Of a stretch of DNA of 35,776 nt, positions 33,481 to 35,776 are shown piece after piece (within the stretch, counting starts at the first letter, position 1; the number at the start of each line of letters is the position of its first letter). The notes beneath the pieces are model-generated. The model worked only from the letters and a program-made list of their open reading frames with translations, made no database searches and had not been told where the DNA came from. The DNA lies in NCBI GenBank assembly GCA_045634605.1, contig JAZRAN010000154.1, positions 1-35,776 on the forward strand, in the 5' to 3' direction. The DNA is from Candidatus Stercoripulliclostridium sp. GTDB lineage: Bacteria; Bacillota; Clostridia; Christensenellales; DTU072. Made by a program: the position numbers and the translations under genes.

Positions 33481-35776
33481 TCAATTCTCAATTGCGCCTA
33501 CGAGTTTTGCGTAGAGTTCTTTACTGTTTGGAACGGGGTCTCCGGGCTTAATTTCCGGCTCGTAGTTAACGAAGTCCGTACACGTTAATACGCAAGGATT
33601 GGTAACGTGCAACGGCTTTGACGGCTTAACTACCAGATTCATCAAGTCTACTATTGATGCGAGTTGTCCCTTAGGAACGCCGTTTTCATCTTCTAGGGGT
33701 ATTCCAAAGTTACTCATAGGAGAATTTGTATTAAAGTAAATTCTATCGGTATCAACTTCCGCAATTAGACCCAGCGCAACAAAAGCAAAGCTTGCGTATT
33801 CTTTACCGCCATACTTATAGAATAAACCATCGTATTCCGGCTGTTTGATAAACGAATCTACAACCTTTGCAACCGTTTCCGCAAAAATATCTCTCAAACT
33901 GCCGGATATAATGTCCGTACCAACCAAACTTAATAGCGCTTGAGCAAATACTCCCTTGAATTCTTCACGTTGTTTCCAGTTGTACACGTCCATAAATCCT
34001 TCAAAATTAAAATCTACTTTAAAAGGTTTATCCATAGCGTTTTCATGGAACCAACTAGTAACCATTTGTATTGCCGCGCCACCTTGTTGCTTAAAGATAT
34101 TATTCCTAAACGTAAACGATGCGTCTTCCGCCCTACCCGGCTCGTGTTGTATGCTTACGCCGTTGTTATCGTTTTCGCCAAAAATACAGCCTTCTACCAA
34201 CACGTGAAGGGCGTTCCTAAAAGACAATCCTTCGTTAAAGCCGGAAAGTTGACAATACTTTACTTCTATGGGGCAGTAACACCAATAAAAGTTGATAAAT
34301 CCCAACACACTAGTAGACTCTTCATATAAAGTTGAGCCTATTGCAACAACGTCTTCTATGACGATTTTACCTTTACCGGTTTCTATAAACTCCCAATGCC
34401 CATCGCCATATTTATCTGCATCAATAATCCAGTTGCGGAAACGTCCTTCATCTACAACGGGGAAGTTTGTGCCGTCAATTTTAAATCCGTTACCATACAA
34501 GTCGCTACGAAGACCTGACGTATCCGTAGGATAAAGGTCGGCTTGCATAACTATATCGTTGTGATTAATATCAACTACTCTCTTGAATTCTTCCCAATCA
34601 TAAACGTTAACGGCGTCTCTTTCTCTAAGATTGAAAGTGAAACTGCGTTTTACTCTTTGTTGGAGAAGGTTGTTTACTTTGAGTACCGCCGTAAGCGTTA
34701 CGGATTTACCTTTGCTTTCTTCCAGGAATTCAATATTTACGTCTTGAGAATTTTCCACTCTCGTAATATTTACTAACCCTTCTTCGTTAACCAACCACTC
34801 TACGTCAAAAGCATTGGACTTATCGTCCAAACCGAACCTATACACGTTAGTCCTATTGCCGTTTTCATCCAGCCAATATCTACCCCAAGTACGAGTTAAT
34901 TGTATGCCTAATTTTTGGTCGGCGGTGCCTAATTCCAACTCAAATGCAATGGGGTTTTCTTTTACGATAACTTCTTTTTCTATGATTACGCCGTTGTAGG
35001 TTGCTCTTATCATTGAGCTACCTGCCTTCAAAGGAATAATCATACCCGTTTTAGGCTCAAGTTCTAATACTTCTGCGTTAGAAACACTATACTCTGCGCC
35101 TTCTACGATTTCTCCACTTGCTAAAATGCCCACAATGGGGAAATATCCGCCGTTACGAGTATACATTACGGACGAAAGTCCTATAAACCCTACTTCATTT
35201 TCTCCTACCGAGAAGACTTCTACGTTTACTACGTTCGCGCCTAACGTAAAGGAATATACGTTACCTTCTACCGCGCTTACAACTACTTCGTCACTAAGCG
35301 CGTAAGTAGCCTTCAAATAGTCGGTAGTAATTTCATTTGCGCTACAATACAACGTGCTAGAAGATACTATAGCGTTCTCAGTGTTAAGGTCAAAATAGTC
35401 TTTGACGGTGTTGCCGTCTTTGTCTACTGCGCTGGCGGTTATTCTAGTAACGCCCTTTCCTACGATTTTAATTTCTCCGTTTGCGCTAATTTCCGCAACA
35501 GCCGTATTTGTAGAAGACCATTGTACGTCGTTGTTACGCAAAGCATCTACGGGATTGATATCAACAAAATATCTACCGCCGACAACCGCATCAACGTGCT
35601 CTCCTACAAATTCTCCGTTTGCATCATAGATTTCTATCGTCTCGATGGAGTCGCTAGTAACGTAAATGGTGATTTCTCTAAACACGTTTACGTTTGCTTT
35701 CGCTCTGATTTCCAACTTACATACGCCGATTTTTATAGGAATTATGGAGTAGCGATTGCTTTCCCCTATTCTTTCC
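33481..35776 (-). CDS. Large Big_2-domain / putative beta-helix surface protein; the 5' end runs off the window
   Basis: The frame stays open upstream of the track's TTG (35715) to the window edge: my translation gives ...ERIGESNRYSIIPIKIGVCK-LEIRAK.... Big_2-like segments are VQWSSTNTAVAEISANGEIKIVGKGVTRITASAVD and YSVSNAEVLELEPKTGMIIPLKAGSSMIRATY. The C-terminal half has LYGNGFKIDGTNF and repeated beta-helix-like turns. It ends with a TGA stop. Confidence 0.8.
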   Translation of the reverse strand, partial: ERIGESNRYSIIPIKIGVCKLEIRAKANVNVFREITIYVTSDSIETIEIYDANGEFVGEHVDAVVGGRYFVDINPVDALRNNDVQWSSTNTAVAEISANGEIKIVGKGVTRITASAVDKDGNTVKDYFDLNTENAIVSSSTLYCSANEITTDYLKATYALSDEVVVSAVEGNVYSFTLGANVVNVEVFSVGENEVGFIGLSSVMYTRNGGYFPIVGILASGEIVEGAEYSVSNAEVLELEPKTGMIIPLKAGSSMIRATYNGVIIEKEVIVKENPIAFELELGTADQKLGIQLTRTWGRYWLDENGNRTNVYRFGLDDKSNAFDVEWLVNEEGLVNITRVENSQDVNIEFLEESKGKSVTLTAVLKVNNLLQQRVKRSFTFNLRERDAVNVYDWEEFKRVVDINHNDIVMQADLYPTDTSGLRSDLYGNGFKIDGTNFPVVDEGRFRNWIIDADKYGDGHWEFIETGKGKIVIEDVVAIGSTLYEESTSVLGFINFYWCYCPIEVKYCQLSGFNEGLSFRNALHVLVEGCIFGENDNNGVSIQHEPGRAEDASFTFRNNIFKQQGGAAIQMVTSWFHENAMDKPFKVDFNFEGFMDVYNWKQREEFKGVFAQALLSLVGTDIISGSLRDIFAETVAKVVDSFIKQPEYDGLFYKYGGKEYASFAFVALGLIAEVDTDRIYFNTNSPMSNFGIPLEDENGVPKGQLASIVDLMNLVVKPSKPLHVTNPCVLTCTDFVNYEPEIKPGDPVPNSKELYAKLVGAIEN

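Noticed and set aside
33416-33484. A 23-codon extension of the 310-aa membrane protein ORF. A similar case is the GTG start at 16729 for the regulator.
   Set aside because: The downstream ATGs (33415 and 16717) have strong, correctly spaced Shine-Dalgarno sequences. The upstream alternative starts have none.
1-35776. An alternative genetic code (TGA read as Trp, as in some Mollicutes), suggested by the lipoprotein-rich envelope and the scarcity of TGA stops.
   Set aside because: TGA terminates the Big_2 protein ORF at 33481-33483. Trp is encoded by TGG throughout. No long ORF needs TGA read-through.
1-35776. A mobile element, a defence island, a CRISPR array, a diversity-generating retroelement targeting the giant protein, or tRNA/rRNA genes.
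   Set aside because: I found no integrase, transposase, reverse transcriptase, Cas or restriction-type motifs in any long ORF. There are no direct-repeat/spacer arrays, no template/variable repeat pair and no tRNA-like cloverleaf regions. The intergenic spaces are short (162 nt or less) and are accounted for by promoters and terminators.

Overview
This is a 35.8-kb chromosomal window, about 42-44% GC by eye. It looks like a Bacillota-like (low-GC Gram-positive type) bacterium, judging by AGGAG ribosome-binding sites, TTGACA-17-TATAAT-type promoters and hairpin-plus-T-tract terminators. The genetic code is standard: TGG encodes Trp and TGA is used as a stop at 33481. I can support 19 protein genes. 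I saw no rRNA, tRNA, CRISPR array, transposase, integrase or recognisable defence genes. From left to right the window holds: a truncated GLUG-motif lipoprotein (-); an ATP-grasp RimK-like ligase (-); a split transketolase operon plus a 318-aa unknown gene (+). Everything from 5124 to the right edge is on the minus strand: trkH-trkA, a Nudix ADP-ribose pyrophosphatase, a GH38 alpha-mannosidase, an XRE/cupin regulator with potABCD, a 12.7-kb gene for a 4,247-aa surface protein, a GlmM::GlmU-acetyltransferase fusion, mtnN, a 310-aa membrane-anchored unknown, and a truncated Big_2/beta-helix protein. Most of the window is housekeeping. The unusual content is the set of three large surface proteins, dominated by the giant gene, which takes more than a third of the window. 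That protein has an N-terminal TM anchor, more than 25 divergent InlB-B-type modules, a 4 x 15-aa array of EF-hand-like Ca2+ loops, and a GLUG head. Other points worth a second look are the GlmM-LbH domain fusion, a PotD with both an N-terminal lipobox and a C-terminal TM helix, a PotA with an insertion and duplicated TOBE-like domains, and paired operator-like palindromes upstream of the pot operon. All functional calls come from motifs I read in the translations. No database search was run.
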